A program made the translations under genes and the position numbers. Below are positions 49,560-60,707 of a stretch of DNA of 64,000 nucleotides, piece by piece; position 1 is the first letter of the stretch; every line of letters begins with the position of its first letter. Under the pieces are notes generated by a model. That model saw nothing but the letters and a program-made list of their open reading frames with translations, had not been told where the DNA came from and ran no database searches. The DNA comes from an uncultured Desulfovibrionaceae bacterium. Its GTDB lineage: Bacteria > Desulfobacterota > Desulfovibrionia > Desulfovibrionales > Desulfovibrionaceae. The stretch is from the NCBI GenBank assembly GCA_964372035.1, contig CAYJPK010000002.1:3771-67770 (forward strand). Direction: 5' to 3'.

Positions 49560-50447
49560 ATGAAAATTGGAAAATTAATTAACGATTCAGAAAAAGCATT
49601 TTACTCTCTTGAGTTTTTTCCTCCTAAAAACCAAGATACTTTAGAAAATTTTTATGATGTTGTTGATAAATTACAAGCAATAGACCCTTTATTTATGTCA
49701 GTGACTTATGGTGCTGGTGGATCTAATCAAGATGGTAGCTTACAAGTTGTGACAGAGCTTAACCAAAGATTTTCTTGTGAAATTATGGCACACTTAACTT
49801 GTATTGGTGCGACAAATGCTTATATTAAAGAGTATGTTGAAAAATTACAAAAAGTTGGAGTAGAAAATATTTTGGCTTTGCGTGGTGATGTTCCAACAGG
49901 GCAAGAAGAAAGCTTTAAAGAAGAACAAGAAAAAAGCAACTTCAAATATGCTAGCGACTTAGTACACTTTGTCAAAAAAAGCTTTCCAAGCGCTGGAATT
50001 GCTGTTGCTGGATACCCTGCTCCGCACCCTGAATCACCTTCATTTGCTAGTGACTGGCGTTATACAGTTGCTAAAATAAGAGAAGGCGCAGATTTTGTTG
50101 TGACACAAATGTTTTTTGATGTTCGAGAATATTTTTCATTTGTAGATAGGCTTAGCGATATGGGAGTTAGCACTCCAATTATCCCTGGAATATTGCCAGT
50201 TCAAAGCTTTGACTCTTTACGTAGAGTTTTATCCATGAGTGGTGCTAATATCCCTGGTAAATTATATTTAGACATGGAAGAAGCCTATAAAACTGGCGGC
50301 AACCAAGCAGTTAAAGAAGCAGGTATTAAGTTTGCTGTTAAGCAAATTCGTACTTTGATAGATAATGGCGCACCAGGTATTCACCTTTACACCCTAAACC
50401 AAGCTTCAACATGTTTGCAAATAGTTGAAGAAGTCGGCGCATTATAA
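49560..50447 (+). CDS. metF: methylenetetrahydrofolate reductase
   Basis: 295 aa: YSLEFFPPK...MSVTYGAGGS...ALRGD...TQMFFD. Confidence 0.93.
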   Translation: MKIGKLINDSEKAFYSLEFFPPKNQDTLENFYDVVDKLQAIDPLFMSVTYGAGGSNQDGSLQVVTELNQRFSCEIMAHLTCIGATNAYIKEYVEKLQKVGVENILALRGDVPTGQEESFKEEQEKSNFKYASDLVHFVKKSFPSAGIAVAGYPAPHPESPSFASDWRYTVAKIREGADFVVTQMFFDVREYFSFVDRLSDMGVSTPIIPGILPVQSFDSLRRVLSMSGANIPGKLYLDMEEAYKTGGNQAVKEAGIKFAVKQIRTLIDNGAPGIHLYTLNQASTCLQIVEEVGAL

Positions 50448-50529
50448 TTTTCTTGATATTTTTACTTTTTATGTGTATCAAGTAATTATAACACTTTATT
50501 TTTAAGAAATTATTTTAGGAGTTGGATTA

Positions 50530-51957
50530 ATGAAAATCTTAAAAAGCTTATTACCAATTTTGTTTGTGCTACTTGCTGTACCTATGCAAGCATTAGCAGC
50601 TGGCTCAGAGTTTGACCTTGATGGTTCAAAGCTCTCAATCATGTGGGTAGTCCCATTTGTATGTCTTTTATTATCCATTGCAATTATGCCACTAGCTGCT
50701 CCGCATTTCTGGCATCATAACTTTGGTAAAATTGCTGGATTTTGGGCTCTTTGTTTTTTAGTGCCTTGTGCTATCCAGTTTGGATTTTCTTTAGCTGTTT
50801 ATCAATTAATTCACGTTTTAATCCTTGAATACATTCCATTTTTACTTATGCTTTTTGCATTGTTTACAGTTGCTGGTGGTATTCGTTTAACAGGTGAGCT
50901 AGTTGGTACTCCTAAGGTTAACGTAGCTATTTTAGCAATTGGTACTATATTAGCAAGTTGGATGGGTACAACAGGTGCTGCAATGCTCTTAATTCGTCCA
51001 CTTTTACGTGCTAATGCTCACCGTAAGTATAAAGTTCACTCAGTTGTGTTCTTTATTTTCTTGGTTGCTAATATTGGTGGTTCTTTAACTCCTCTTGGTG
51101 ACCCGCCATTATTCTTAGGCTTCTTAAAGGGTGTTAGCTTTTTCTGGACAACAGGCGCTTTACTTGGCATGACTGCATTATTAGCCGCTATTTTACTTGC
51201 AGTTTACTTTGCTATTGATAGCGTACTTTTCAAAAAAGAAGGCTCACCGATTCCGCCAAAGCAAGCTGGCGAAGCTGATACAAAATTAGGCGTTGAAGGT
51301 AAAGTGAACTTTATTCTTTTAGCTTGTGTAGTTGCTTCTGTTTTAATGTCAGGTATGTGGAAGCCAGGTATTTCATTTAGTGTTTATGGTACTTACTATG
51401 AATTACAAAACTTAACTCGTGACCTTTTAATGATAGCTATTGCTTTTGCATCTCTTAAGCTTACAAATGCTGAAAGTCGCCGCTTAAATGGCTTTAACTG
51501 GGCACCAATCGAGGAAGTTGGCAAATTATTTATCGGTATCTTCATTAGTATGCTCCCTGCTATCGCTATTTTAAAGGCTGGCGATAAAGGCGTTTTAGCT
51601 CCTGTTATTAACATGGTAACTGAAAATGGACAGCCTGTAGACTCTATGTATTTCTGGTTAACTGGTATTTTATCTGCATTCTTAGATAATGCTCCTACTT
51701 ACGTTGTATTCTTTAATACTGCAGGTGGTGACGCTGTTCAGTTGATGACTACATGGGCAGGTACGCTTACAGCTATTTCTGCTGGTGCTGTTTTCATGGG
51801 TGCTGTTACCTATATTGGTAATGCTCCTAACTTTATGGTACGTGCGATTGCTGAAGACCAAGGCGTTCAAATGCCTAGTTTCTTTGGTTATGTTCTTTGG
51901 TCCGTGGGTATTTTATTCCCATGTTTCGGACTTCTTACCTTATTATTCTTTATATAA
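50530..51957 (+). CDS. ArsB/NhaD-superfamily permease (putative sodium:proton antiporter or anion transporter)
   Basis: 475 aa with more than ten TM segments and a signal-like N-terminus. The family assignment is from memory of similar sequences, and the substrate is unknown. Confidence 0.7.
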   Translation: MKILKSLLPILFVLLAVPMQALAAGSEFDLDGSKLSIMWVVPFVCLLLSIAIMPLAAPHFWHHNFGKIAGFWALCFLVPCAIQFGFSLAVYQLIHVLILEYIPFLLMLFALFTVAGGIRLTGELVGTPKVNVAILAIGTILASWMGTTGAAMLLIRPLLRANAHRKYKVHSVVFFIFLVANIGGSLTPLGDPPLFLGFLKGVSFFWTTGALLGMTALLAAILLAVYFAIDSVLFKKEGSPIPPKQAGEADTKLGVEGKVNFILLACVVASVLMSGMWKPGISFSVYGTYYELQNLTRDLLMIAIAFASLKLTNAESRRLNGFNWAPIEEVGKLFIGIFISMLPAIAILKAGDKGVLAPVINMVTENGQPVDSMYFWLTGILSAFLDNAPTYVVFFNTAGGDAVQLMTTWAGTLTAISAGAVFMGAVTYIGNAPNFMVRAIAEDQGVQMPSFFGYVLWSVGILFPCFGLLTLLFFI

Positions 51958-51960
51958 CAA

Positions 51961-52935
51961 ATGTTTAAAATTTCTAAATATATTGCTGCAGAGCAAAAGA
52001 AAATTGAACAACATCTCCAGGTGGCACTTTCCCAAATGCCACCTGGGGCTAAACCTGTAGCTGAGCATATTATTTGTGCTAATGGTAAAAGACTTCGACC
52101 ATTGCTAGTCATTTTGATGTCTAGCCTTTTTAATTATAAAGAACAAGAAGTTTATGATGTTGCCATTGCACTTGAAATTTTGCATGCTGCAACTTTGCTA
52201 CACGATGATGTTATTGACCATGCACAAACTAGACGCAAAAAACCTACTAGTCACACTATTTTTGGTACTACAAAAACAATTTTAAGTGGTGACGCTATGG
52301 TTGCACGTTGCTTAAGCATAGTTGCAAAGCATGAAAATTCTAAGGTAATCACGTCTGTTTCTAGAATGGTTGAGCACACTTCAACAGGGCAAATACTAGA
52401 AATTGACAATAAGGCTAAATTACACGATAATTTGGACACTTACTACGAAACAATACGTGGTAAAACAGCTCATATGCTTGCATGTGCTTGTGAACTTGGC
52501 GTTATGTTAGCCAAGCAAGAGGATACAACCATCAAACATGCCTTTGATTTTGGTTTGAATATTGGAATGGCTTTTCAAATTGCTGATGACGCACTTGATT
52601 TTACAAGCTCACAAAAAACTGGTAAGCCAGAGGGTGGTGACCTAAAAGAAGCTAAGTTCACACCGCCAATTTTTTATTACTATAATTCTCTATCAAGTGA
52701 AGCTAAAAAAGAATTTAAAGCAAAATTTGAAAGTGAAAGTTTTGATGACGCTGAAACAATTGAAATTTCAAAACAAATTAGAGAATTAAAGTTTGATCTT
52801 AAAACAAAAGAATTAGCTGATTCTTATTTAAGCGAAGCTTATAATAATTTAAAAGCTTTTGCAAAAGATGATAAGAAAGTTGAAGCAAAATTATTACATG
52901 AAGTAATTGACTACATTAAAAACCGTGAATCTTAA
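51961..52935 (+). CDS. trans-polyprenyl diphosphate synthase (IspB/HepT-like)
   Basis: 324 aa with the two aspartate-rich motifs LLHDDVIDHAQTRR and FQIADDALD. Confidence 0.9.
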   Translation: MFKISKYIAAEQKKIEQHLQVALSQMPPGAKPVAEHIICANGKRLRPLLVILMSSLFNYKEQEVYDVAIALEILHAATLLHDDVIDHAQTRRKKPTSHTIFGTTKTILSGDAMVARCLSIVAKHENSKVITSVSRMVEHTSTGQILEIDNKAKLHDNLDTYYETIRGKTAHMLACACELGVMLAKQEDTTIKHAFDFGLNIGMAFQIADDALDFTSSQKTGKPEGGDLKEAKFTPPIFYYYNSLSSEAKKEFKAKFESESFDDAETIEISKQIRELKFDLKTKELADSYLSEAYNNLKAFAKDDKKVEAKLLHEVIDYIKNRES

Positions 52936-52980
52936 TTTTTATTTCAACTAAACATATAAAAAACACAGCCTGAGGGATTT

Positions 52981-55953
52981 ATGTTACACCGTATTGAAAC
53001 CAGAGTTTTTCCACATTTGGATGATACTGTTGGCTATAGAACAAAACACCATATTAAAGCATCACTAAACATTGATGTAGAAAATGTTCGCATTGTAAAA
53101 GTTTTTACAATTGAGGGCATTGATGAAAAAGAAGCTCAAAAAATACTTTCAGAAGCAGCTCTTCACGATCCTGTTTTACAAGAAGCATCACTTTCAAGCA
53201 TAGAGGCAAGTAATGTTTCATGGTTGCTTGAGGTTGGCTTTAAGCCTGGCGTAACCGATAATGAAGGTCGCACTGCTCGTGATACTGTTGCGCTTGTACT
53301 TGGAAAAGACAAAGAAAGCATAAATGTCTATACATCAATGCAGTACCGCATTTATGGTGATATTTCAAAAGAAACAATTACTCACATTGCTAAAGATTTA
53401 CTTGCGAATGAACTTATTCAACGCTTTGAAATTTTAAGCTTAGAAGAATGGAAAAAGTCAGGCTTTAGCGCAAAACCAGCTAAAGTAACAGGTATTGCAA
53501 GCGATGAAGTAAATATTGTTCCACTTAGTGAAATGAGCGATGAAGAGTTAATTAAATTTAGCCAAGACAATACCTTGTCTCTTTCACTATCAGAAATGCA
53601 CACTGTTCGTAATTATTTCTTACGCCCTGATAATATTGAACAACGTAAAAAAGTTGGCTTACCTGCAAATCCAACTGACGCTGAAATTGAAGTTTTAGCT
53701 CAAACTTGGTCAGAGCATTGTAAGCATAAAATATTTGCAGCTGAAATTGACTATACTGATGAAAAAGGCAACAAGCAAACTATTGATAGTCTTTACAAAA
53801 CTTTTATTTTAAATTCCACTAAAGACATTCGTGCAGAACTTGGTGAAAAGGACTTTTGCCGTTCAGTATTTAAAGACAATGCAGGCGTTGTGGCATTTGA
53901 TGAAAATTACGATATTTGCATTAAAGTTGAAACACATAACAGCCCATCAGCTCTTGACCCATACGGCGGTGCTCTTACAGGTATTGTTGGTGTTAACCGT
54001 GATGCAATGGGGACAGGTCTTGGTGGTGACTTAGTATGTAACACTGACGTTTTCTGTTTTGCATCACCTTTTTATGAGGGAGAACTTCCTCCTCGTCTTT
54101 TACACCCACGTCGTGTGCTTGAGGGTGTTCGCGAAGGCGTTGAACATGGTGGTAATAAGTCCGGTGTACCAACTGTTAATGGTTCATTAGTCTTTGATGA
54201 GAGATTTTTAGGTAAACCTCTTGTTTATTGCGGAACTGTTGGTTTAATTCCACATAAAATTAATGGCAAATTAGGCTATGAAAAGCAAGCTAATGTTGGC
54301 GATGCAATTATCATGGTTGGTGGTCGTATTGGCAAAGATGGTATCCATGGTGCAACTTTTTCTTCTGAAGAATTACACCAAGAATCACCTTCAACTGCTG
54401 TTCAAATTGGTGACCCAATTACTCAACGTAAGGCTTATGATTTTATCTTAAAAGCTCGTGACCTTGGGCTTTATAGCACAATTACTGATAATGGTGCTGG
54501 TGGTTTATCTTCATCTGTTGGTGAAATGGCTGAAGATACTGGCGGTTGTAAATTAAATTTAGCCCTTGCCCCATTAAAGTATGACGGCTTAAAACCGTGG
54601 GAAATTTTATTGTCAGAAGCACAAGAGCGTATGACTTTAGCAGTTCCACAAGAAAATTTAGAAGAATTTTTAGCCCTTGCTAAGCATATGGACGTTGAAG
54701 CGTCTTATCTTGGTGAATATACTGATTCTGGCTATTTCCATATTACTTATAACGATAAAATAGTTGCTTATATGGAAATGGATTTTATGCATAAAGGTCT
54801 TCCACAAATGCAACTAAAAGCTAAATGGAAAGAAGTACCTACAGTTAAGCAAGATGAGATCAAAATTGATGACCAAGCTCAAATGCTTAAAACAATGCTT
54901 GGACGCTTAAATATTTGTAGTAAAGAATATATTATTCGCCAATATGACCATGAAGTTAAAGCTGGTAGCGTAATTAAACCGCTTGTTGGTGTAATGCAAG
55001 ATGCTCCTGCTGATGCTGGTGTTATGCGCCCTGTTCTTTCTACTGATACTGGTATTGTTGTAAGTCACGGCATTTGCCCTAAGTTCAGCGATTATGATAC
55101 TTATTTGATGATGCAAAATGCTGTTGATGAAGCTATCCGTAATGCTGTTGCAGTTGGTGCAAATCCGAAGCGCATGGCTGGTGTAGATAACTTCTGCTGG
55201 TGTGACCCTGTTCAATCAGAAAAAACACCTGATGGTGAATTTAAACTTGCTCAATTAGTGCGTGCTTGCCAAGCATTAGACGATAGTTGCCGTAAATTCA
55301 TGGTACCGTGTGTATCTGGTAAAGACTCTATGAAAAACGATTATACTGGTGGTGGTCGCAAAATTTCTATTCCACCAACTGTATTATTCAGCGTGCTTGC
55401 AATTATTGACGATGTTAACTTAGCGGTAAGTAGTGACTTCAAAGAAGCAGACGAAGCTATTTATGTTTTAGGCGTAACTCGCAATGAAATGTTTGGCTCT
55501 GAGCTTTGTTCTGAACTTAATATTAAGGGTGCAAAAGCTCCTATTGTTGAAGTTGAAAAAGCAGCTAAACTATATGAAAATGTGCATGCTGCAATGCAAA
55601 AATCATTAATTACTTCATGCCACGACTTATCAGACGGCGGGCTTGTGCTTGCTATTGCTGAAAGCTGTATTGGTGCTAGACTTGGAGCTGATATTGAGCT
55701 TGCAAATGTACCATGTGATGAAAAATTAGAGCTTGCAGAAATCATGTATAGTGAAAGTGCTAGCCGTTTTATTGTTACTGTAAAAGCTGAAAATCAAAAC
55801 GAGTTTGAAAAAGCAATGAATGGTAATGTTTTTGCAAAAATCGGTAAAGTTGTAAATTCTGATACCTTAAATATTAATTATAACAATGAAAAAGTGTTAA
55901 GTGAAAAAGTTGAAGCTTTAGCTGATTCTTTTAAAGCCACTTTAAATTGGTAA
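52981..55953 (+). CDS. purL: phosphoribosylformylglycinamidine synthase, fused PurS-PurL
   Basis: 990 aa. The N-terminal 80-90 aa are PurS-like (VENVRIVKVFTIEG...EAQKI...LHDPVLQ), followed by duplicated AIR-synthase-type domains (ETHNSPSALDPYGGA...). Confidence 0.9.
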   Translation: MLHRIETRVFPHLDDTVGYRTKHHIKASLNIDVENVRIVKVFTIEGIDEKEAQKILSEAALHDPVLQEASLSSIEASNVSWLLEVGFKPGVTDNEGRTARDTVALVLGKDKESINVYTSMQYRIYGDISKETITHIAKDLLANELIQRFEILSLEEWKKSGFSAKPAKVTGIASDEVNIVPLSEMSDEELIKFSQDNTLSLSLSEMHTVRNYFLRPDNIEQRKKVGLPANPTDAEIEVLAQTWSEHCKHKIFAAEIDYTDEKGNKQTIDSLYKTFILNSTKDIRAELGEKDFCRSVFKDNAGVVAFDENYDICIKVETHNSPSALDPYGGALTGIVGVNRDAMGTGLGGDLVCNTDVFCFASPFYEGELPPRLLHPRRVLEGVREGVEHGGNKSGVPTVNGSLVFDERFLGKPLVYCGTVGLIPHKINGKLGYEKQANVGDAIIMVGGRIGKDGIHGATFSSEELHQESPSTAVQIGDPITQRKAYDFILKARDLGLYSTITDNGAGGLSSSVGEMAEDTGGCKLNLALAPLKYDGLKPWEILLSEAQERMTLAVPQENLEEFLALAKHMDVEASYLGEYTDSGYFHITYNDKIVAYMEMDFMHKGLPQMQLKAKWKEVPTVKQDEIKIDDQAQMLKTMLGRLNICSKEYIIRQYDHEVKAGSVIKPLVGVMQDAPADAGVMRPVLSTDTGIVVSHGICPKFSDYDTYLMMQNAVDEAIRNAVAVGANPKRMAGVDNFCWCDPVQSEKTPDGEFKLAQLVRACQALDDSCRKFMVPCVSGKDSMKNDYTGGGRKISIPPTVLFSVLAIIDDVNLAVSSDFKEADEAIYVLGVTRNEMFGSELCSELNIKGAKAPIVEVEKAAKLYENVHAAMQKSLITSCHDLSDGGLVLAIAESCIGARLGADIELANVPCDEKLELAEIMYSESASRFIVTVKAENQNEFEKAMNGNVFAKIGKVVNSDTLNINYNNEKVLSEKVEALADSFKATLNW

Positions 55954-55964
55954 TAAAAACTAAC

Positions 55965-56010
55965 GCCGAAAAATTGTTTTTACAAAATATTAATAATTTT
56001 TCGGCATTTT
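55965..56010 (+). terminator. rho-independent terminator after purL
   Basis: GCCGAAAAATT-loop-AATTTTTCGGC (11-bp stem) followed by ATTTT. Confidence 0.7.
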
Positions 56011-56017
56011 AAATTAT

Positions 56018-57109
56018 ATGCGTATTATACAAGTTGTTAATGTAAGATGGTTCAATGCCACTGCTTGGTATGGAGTTGAGCTTGCTAGATTATTTACTAA
56101 GTATGGTCATGAATGCTTAGTGTTAGGGCTAGAAGGTTCTCCACCACTTGAAAAAGCCAAAGAGCTAGGCTTAGATTGCATTGCCTTACCACTCAATACA
56201 AAATTTAATCAGCTTTCACTTTATAGAAGCTTATCAAAAGTTATTAAGGATTTTAAACCTGATATTGTAAACTGTCACCGTGGTGAGAGTTTTTTACTTT
56301 GGTCGCTTCTTAAAAAAGTTCATAAGTTTGCGCTTGTTCGCACTCGTGGTGACCAAAGGTTACCAAAGGCAAATTTAGTCAATCTTTATTTACATAAAAA
56401 GACTGATGCTATCGTTGCAACTAATTCGAAAATGGCAAAACATTTTGTCACTAAGATGAAGATAAAAAAAACAAATGTTCACACTATCTATGGTGGTGTT
56501 GCAACTTGCATTTTTAGATTTGATGAGGAAGAGCGCAAAAAAATCAGAGCAAAGTTAAAATATGAAGATAATGACTTTGTTATTGGATTGTTAGGTCGCT
56601 TTGATAAGGTAAAGGGTCAAAAAGAATGTATTGAAGCCGTTTCAAAATTGGTAAAACAAGGCTTCAATGTGAAGCTTCTTTTGCTGGGCTTTGCTAGCGC
56701 AACAAGCCTTGATGAAGTAAAAAGTTGGATAGAAAAAGAGGGTATTAAGGCACAGGTGCAAATCACAGGCAAAGTTGATAATGTTCCATCTTATCTAAGT
56801 GCTATTGATTTGGGCGTTGTAAGCTCTTTATATTCTGAAACAATTGCAAGGGCTGCTCTTGAAATCATGTCTTGTGATCGTCCGCTTATTTCAACAAATG
56901 TTGGAGTCATGCCAGATTTATTACCACATGATGCACTCTGTGAGCCAGGCAATGTCGACGAGCTTGCCAACTTAATACAAAAATCAATTGAAGATAAAGA
57001 TTGGCTTGAAGAAATTCGTTATGCCAACAATGAAATGATGAAAAATTTGGATACCCAATATTTTTATGAGCAAACAAATGAAGTTTATAAAAGTATCATA
57101 AAAAAATAA
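56018..57109 (+). CDS. glycosyltransferase family 4
   Basis: 363 aa. MRIIQVVN... is a GT-B N-terminus, and the Ex7E-like region is SETIARAALEIMSCDRPLIS. Confidence 0.85.
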   Translation: MRIIQVVNVRWFNATAWYGVELARLFTKYGHECLVLGLEGSPPLEKAKELGLDCIALPLNTKFNQLSLYRSLSKVIKDFKPDIVNCHRGESFLLWSLLKKVHKFALVRTRGDQRLPKANLVNLYLHKKTDAIVATNSKMAKHFVTKMKIKKTNVHTIYGGVATCIFRFDEEERKKIRAKLKYEDNDFVIGLLGRFDKVKGQKECIEAVSKLVKQGFNVKLLLLGFASATSLDEVKSWIEKEGIKAQVQITGKVDNVPSYLSAIDLGVVSSLYSETIARAALEIMSCDRPLISTNVGVMPDLLPHDALCEPGNVDELANLIQKSIEDKDWLEEIRYANNEMMKNLDTQYFYEQTNEVYKSIIKK

Positions 57110-57145
57110 AATAAATAATACAATTTAAATTAAATACTGATAAAC

Positions 57146-57174
57146 TTGACAATATATTTTGCATAAGACATTAT
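57146..57174 (+). promoter_or_regulatory. sigma-70-type promoter upstream of ileS
   Basis: TTGACA (57146-57151), a 17-nt spacer, then CATTAT (57169-57174). A GGAGG RBS precedes the ATG at 57207. Confidence 0.45.
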
Positions 57175-57206
57175 AGAGAGATGTTTTTTTGCTGGAGGCA
57201 CTACTA

Positions 57207-60026
57207 ATGAGTGATTATAAAAAGACTTTAAATTTACCACAAACTTCATTTCCTATGCGTGCGAATTTAGCACAAAAGGAACCAGATTATATTAAAAATT
57301 GGGATAGCCAAAATATTTATGGTGCAATGTTAGATGCTTCTGGTCAACAGGGGACTTATGTTTTACATGATGGACCTCCCTATGCTAATGGGCATATTCA
57401 CCTTGGTACTGCATTAAATAAAATTTTAAAAGATATTATTGTTAAATCTCGTAACATGCAAGGCTTTAAAGCTGAGTATGTGCCTGGTTGGGACTGTCAC
57501 GGCTTGCCAATTGAGCTAAAAGTTGAGCATGAACTTGGCGAAAAGAAAAAATCAATGCCAGTTCACTCTGTTCGTAAAGCTTGTCGTAAATATGCTCAAA
57601 AATTCTTAGATATACAGCGTAAAGAGTTTAAACGCCTTGGAATCTTTGGCGTGTGGGAAGATCCATATATGACAATGGCACCAAGTTATGAATCAGCAAC
57701 AGCAGCAGAACTTGCGACATTTGTTGAAAGAGGTAGCGTTGTACGTAATAAAAAACCTATTTACTGGTGTAATTCTTGTCAGACAGCTTTAGCTGAAGCA
57801 GAAGTTGAGTATGAAGATCATAGCTCTCCATCTGTATATGTACGCTTTCCTTTAAATGACGATAAATTAAAAGATATTTTCTCAGAAGCTGACCCAAGCC
57901 GTGCTTATGTTGTTATTTGGACAACAACTCCTTGGACACTTCCTAACAATATGGGCGTTGCGCTTAATGCTAATTTTGAATATTCACTAGTTGAATATAA
58001 CAATGCACAATATATATTAGCAACTGAATTAGTTGAAAAATGTGCTAAAATATTTGGCTGGGAAAATTATAATATAATTGGAACTACAACTGGTGATAAA
58101 TTTGATAGATTGAAAGCAAAGCACCCGTTTTATAACCGTGAATCCTTAGTTGTTTTAGGTGATCACGTTAGTCTTGAAGCTGGTACTGGTTGTGTTCATA
58201 CTGCTCCTGGTCACGGTCGTGAGGACTACGAAGTTGGCTTAAAATATGGGCTTGAGGTATATTCACCACTCAACGATCAAGGACAATACTTAGAAATCGT
58301 AGAATTTTTTGCTGGCAAAGAAGTTTTTGAAGCGAACCCATTAGTTATCGAAAAATTAAAAGAAGTTGGTAATCTTCTTTATCGTGAAGATATTAGCCAT
58401 TCATACCCACACTGCTGGCGTTGCAAAAGCCCTGTTATTTTTAGAGCTACAACCCAGTGGTTTATTAGCATGGATAAAACAGGACTTCGTGAAGAAGCAT
58501 TGAAGACAATTCGTAATAATGTGCAGTGGATTCCAACTTGGGGCGAAGACCGCATCTTTAATATGGTTGAATCACGTCCTGACTGGTGTATTTCTCGCCA
58601 AAGATTATGGGGCGTGCCAATTTTAGCTCTGATTTGTGAAGATTGTGATGAAGCTTGGAATGATCCTACTTGGATGCGTGACATTGCCTCTCGCTTTGCA
58701 AAGCACCCTACTGGTTGTGACTATTGGTATGAAACAGACTTATCAGAAATCGTTCCACAGGATTTAAAATGTAAAAAATGTGGTGGAGTTCACTTTAAAA
58801 AAGAAACTGATATTTTAGATGTTTGGTTTGATTCTGGCACAAGCTATGCGGCAGTAGTTGAGCAACGTAAGGAGCTAAGCTTCCCTGCTGATATGTACTT
58901 AGAGGGTTCTGACCAGCACCGTGGTTGGTTCCATTCATCACTCTTGGCCTCAGTAGGAACTCGCAATGTTGCACCTTATAAGGCAGTTCTAACCCATGGT
59001 TATGTTGTTGATGGTGATGGACGCAAAATGTCAAAATCACTTGGCAATGGTATGGAGCCTAACGAGGTTATAAATAAATTTGGTGCTGAGATCTTACGTC
59101 TTTGGGTTTCTTCTGTTGATTACCGTGAAGACATTCGTATTTCAGATGAAATTTTAAATCGCTTAGTTGATGCATACCGCCGTATCCGCAATACTTGCCG
59201 CTATTTACTTGGAAATATTTGCGATATAAGCCTAGAACAACTTTTACCATTAAATGAACTTGATCCGCTCGATAAATATGCTCTTGATATTGTTGCAAGA
59301 AATCATTTGAAAACAAAAGATGCATATTTAAACTATGAGTTCCATAAAATGTATCATAGTTTGCATAATCTTTGTGTAACTGATTTATCTGCATTTTATT
59401 TAGATATTTTAAAAGATAGATTATACTCATCTGGTCAAAACGACAAAATACGTCGTTCTGCTCAGACAGCACTTTATCACATTTTGCTTATGCTACTTAG
59501 AGATATGGCTCCAGTGCTTAGCTTTACAGCGGAAGAAGTATTTAAGAGTATTCCAGAAGCACTACGTGGAGAATTAAAGAGTGTGTTTGAACTTCAAAAT
59601 ATTCAGGCGCAAGATTATTTCTTAAGTGAAAAAGAACTTAGCGATTGGGAACTTATTAATAATTTACGCAATGACTTGACTAAAGCAATTGAACCTCTAA
59701 GAAAGGCTGGTGAAATTGGTCATGCTCTTGATACTAGGGTAACTGCTTATACTGATGCTAAGACTAAAGAAATTTTAAGCACTATTGGCACTGATTTGCG
59801 TGCTACTCTTATTGTTTCGCAGTTTATAGTTGATGATATTGCAAATGCACCAACTGACGCAATTGCAAATGAAGATGCAAGCCTTAAATTTAGACTTGAA
59901 AAAGCTTATGGTGTAAAATGTGAAAGATGCTGGATTTACACAGAAGAAGCAGGAACTGATCCTAGTTATCCTGATTTATGTCCTCGTTGTACAAGCGTTA
60001 TGCAAGGTATGAAGAGTGAGGGATAA
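57207..60026 (+). CDS. ileS: isoleucyl-tRNA synthetase
   Basis: [21 protein letters not shown]...[13 protein letters not shown] (HIGH)...KMSKSLGN, and a C-terminal zinc-binding CERCW...CPRC. Confidence 0.98.
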   Translation: MSDYKKTLNLPQTSFPMRANLAQKEPDYIKNWDSQNIYGAMLDASGQQGTYVLHDGPPYANGHIHLGTALNKILKDIIVKSRNMQGFKAEYVPGWDCHGLPIELKVEHELGEKKKSMPVHSVRKACRKYAQKFLDIQRKEFKRLGIFGVWEDPYMTMAPSYESATAAELATFVERGSVVRNKKPIYWCNSCQTALAEAEVEYEDHSSPSVYVRFPLNDDKLKDIFSEADPSRAYVVIWTTTPWTLPNNMGVALNANFEYSLVEYNNAQYILATELVEKCAKIFGWENYNIIGTTTGDKFDRLKAKHPFYNRESLVVLGDHVSLEAGTGCVHTAPGHGREDYEVGLKYGLEVYSPLNDQGQYLEIVEFFAGKEVFEANPLVIEKLKEVGNLLYREDISHSYPHCWRCKSPVIFRATTQWFISMDKTGLREEALKTIRNNVQWIPTWGEDRIFNMVESRPDWCISRQRLWGVPILALICEDCDEAWNDPTWMRDIASRFAKHPTGCDYWYETDLSEIVPQDLKCKKCGGVHFKKETDILDVWFDSGTSYAAVVEQRKELSFPADMYLEGSDQHRGWFHSSLLASVGTRNVAPYKAVLTHGYVVDGDGRKMSKSLGNGMEPNEVINKFGAEILRLWVSSVDYREDIRISDEILNRLVDAYRRIRNTCRYLLGNICDISLEQLLPLNELDPLDKYALDIVARNHLKTKDAYLNYEFHKMYHSLHNLCVTDLSAFYLDILKDRLYSSGQNDKIRRSAQTALYHILLMLLRDMAPVLSFTAEEVFKSIPEALRGELKSVFELQNIQAQDYFLSEKELSDWELINNLRNDLTKAIEPLRKAGEIGHALDTRVTAYTDAKTKEILSTIGTDLRATLIVSQFIVDDIANAPTDAIANEDASLKFRLEKAYGVKCERCWIYTEEAGTDPSYPDLCPRCTSVMQGMKSEG

Positions 60027-60495
60027 TCGCTTTAAAATTGCATTTAGCATTGCTTTGGCGTTCATTGTTTTAGATCAAATAACTAAATATGTTATTAACT
60101 TGACAATACCACGCCAAGCAAGCATAAATGTAATTGACGGTTTCTTTAATTTAGTAAATATAAGAAATCGTGGTGCAGCATTTGGATTTTTGAATAATCC
60201 TGATATTGAATGGCAATTTTGGCTATTTTTAGTAGCAGGAGTTGTTGCTATTGTTGCAATTATTTGGATTTTAAATGATGCAAAAAACACTTTGCTTTCA
60301 ACGCTTGGGCTTGGGTCTATCTTAGGCGGAGCAATTGGCAATATGATTGATAGAGTAAGAATGCGTGAAGTTGTTGACTTTCTAGACTTTCATATTGGAA
60401 CATGGCATTGGCCTGCGTTTAACGTCGCAGATATTGCTATTTGCATTGGTGCTTTTTTAGTGATTTATTCTATGTGGAAAGAGGAAAAAGCGTGA
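60016..60495 (+). CDS. lspA: lipoprotein signal peptidase II
   Basis: 159 aa: ...LDQITKY...NRGAAFGF...IGNMIDR...VVDFLDF...FNVADIAI. The GTG start overlaps the ileS end. Confidence 0.93.
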   Translation: MRDNRFKIAFSIALAFIVLDQITKYVINLTIPRQASINVIDGFFNLVNIRNRGAAFGFLNNPDIEWQFWLFLVAGVVAIVAIIWILNDAKNTLLSTLGLGSILGGAIGNMIDRVRMREVVDFLDFHIGTWHWPAFNVADIAICIGAFLVIYSMWKEEKA

Positions 60496-60698
60496 GTATT
60501 TTTGATTTAAATCTCGGGCAGTCATTGATTGTTTTTGCTCCTGCATTAATTAATTTAATTGCCTTAGTTCATATAATAAAACGCAAGGATATTGAGCCAA
60601 ACAAGCGTATAATTTGGTTTGTTGCTTGTATGTTCATTCCTCTAATTACCGGTATTATATATTTTAGTTCTTATTTTTTACGGCGTAAAAAAACTTAG
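60492..60698 (+). CDS. small two-TM membrane protein, PLDc_N-like (PLD nuclease N-terminal domain family)
   Basis: [58 protein letters not shown]. The GTG overlaps the lspA stop (GTGA) and has a GAGGAAAAAG RBS. The track ORF start at 60441 lies inside lspA. Confidence 0.6.
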   Translation: MSIFDLNLGQSLIVFAPALINLIALVHIIKRKDIEPNKRIIWFVACMFIPLITGIIYFSSYFLRRKKT

Positions 60699-60707
60699 GA
60701 GAAAACA

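Noticed and set aside
50448-50529. Hairpin CTTGATA-17 nt-TATCAAG after metF, considered as a terminator.
   Set aside because: The stem is short, the loop is large, and no T-tract follows. It is too weak to call.
56005-56020. The GT4 glycosyltransferase ATG lies 12 nt after the purL terminator hairpin with no Shine-Dalgarno. I considered a leaderless or mis-started gene.
   Set aside because: The N-terminus MRIIQVVN is typical for GT4 enzymes, and there is no better in-frame start. Without transcript data I cannot say more than that its expression signals are not visible.
59068-59472. 134-aa antisense ORF inside ileS, plus similar ones at 58379-58684 and 58795-59040.
   Set aside because: Shadow ORFs within a clearly intact ileS. 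They have no start context and no recognisable domains.
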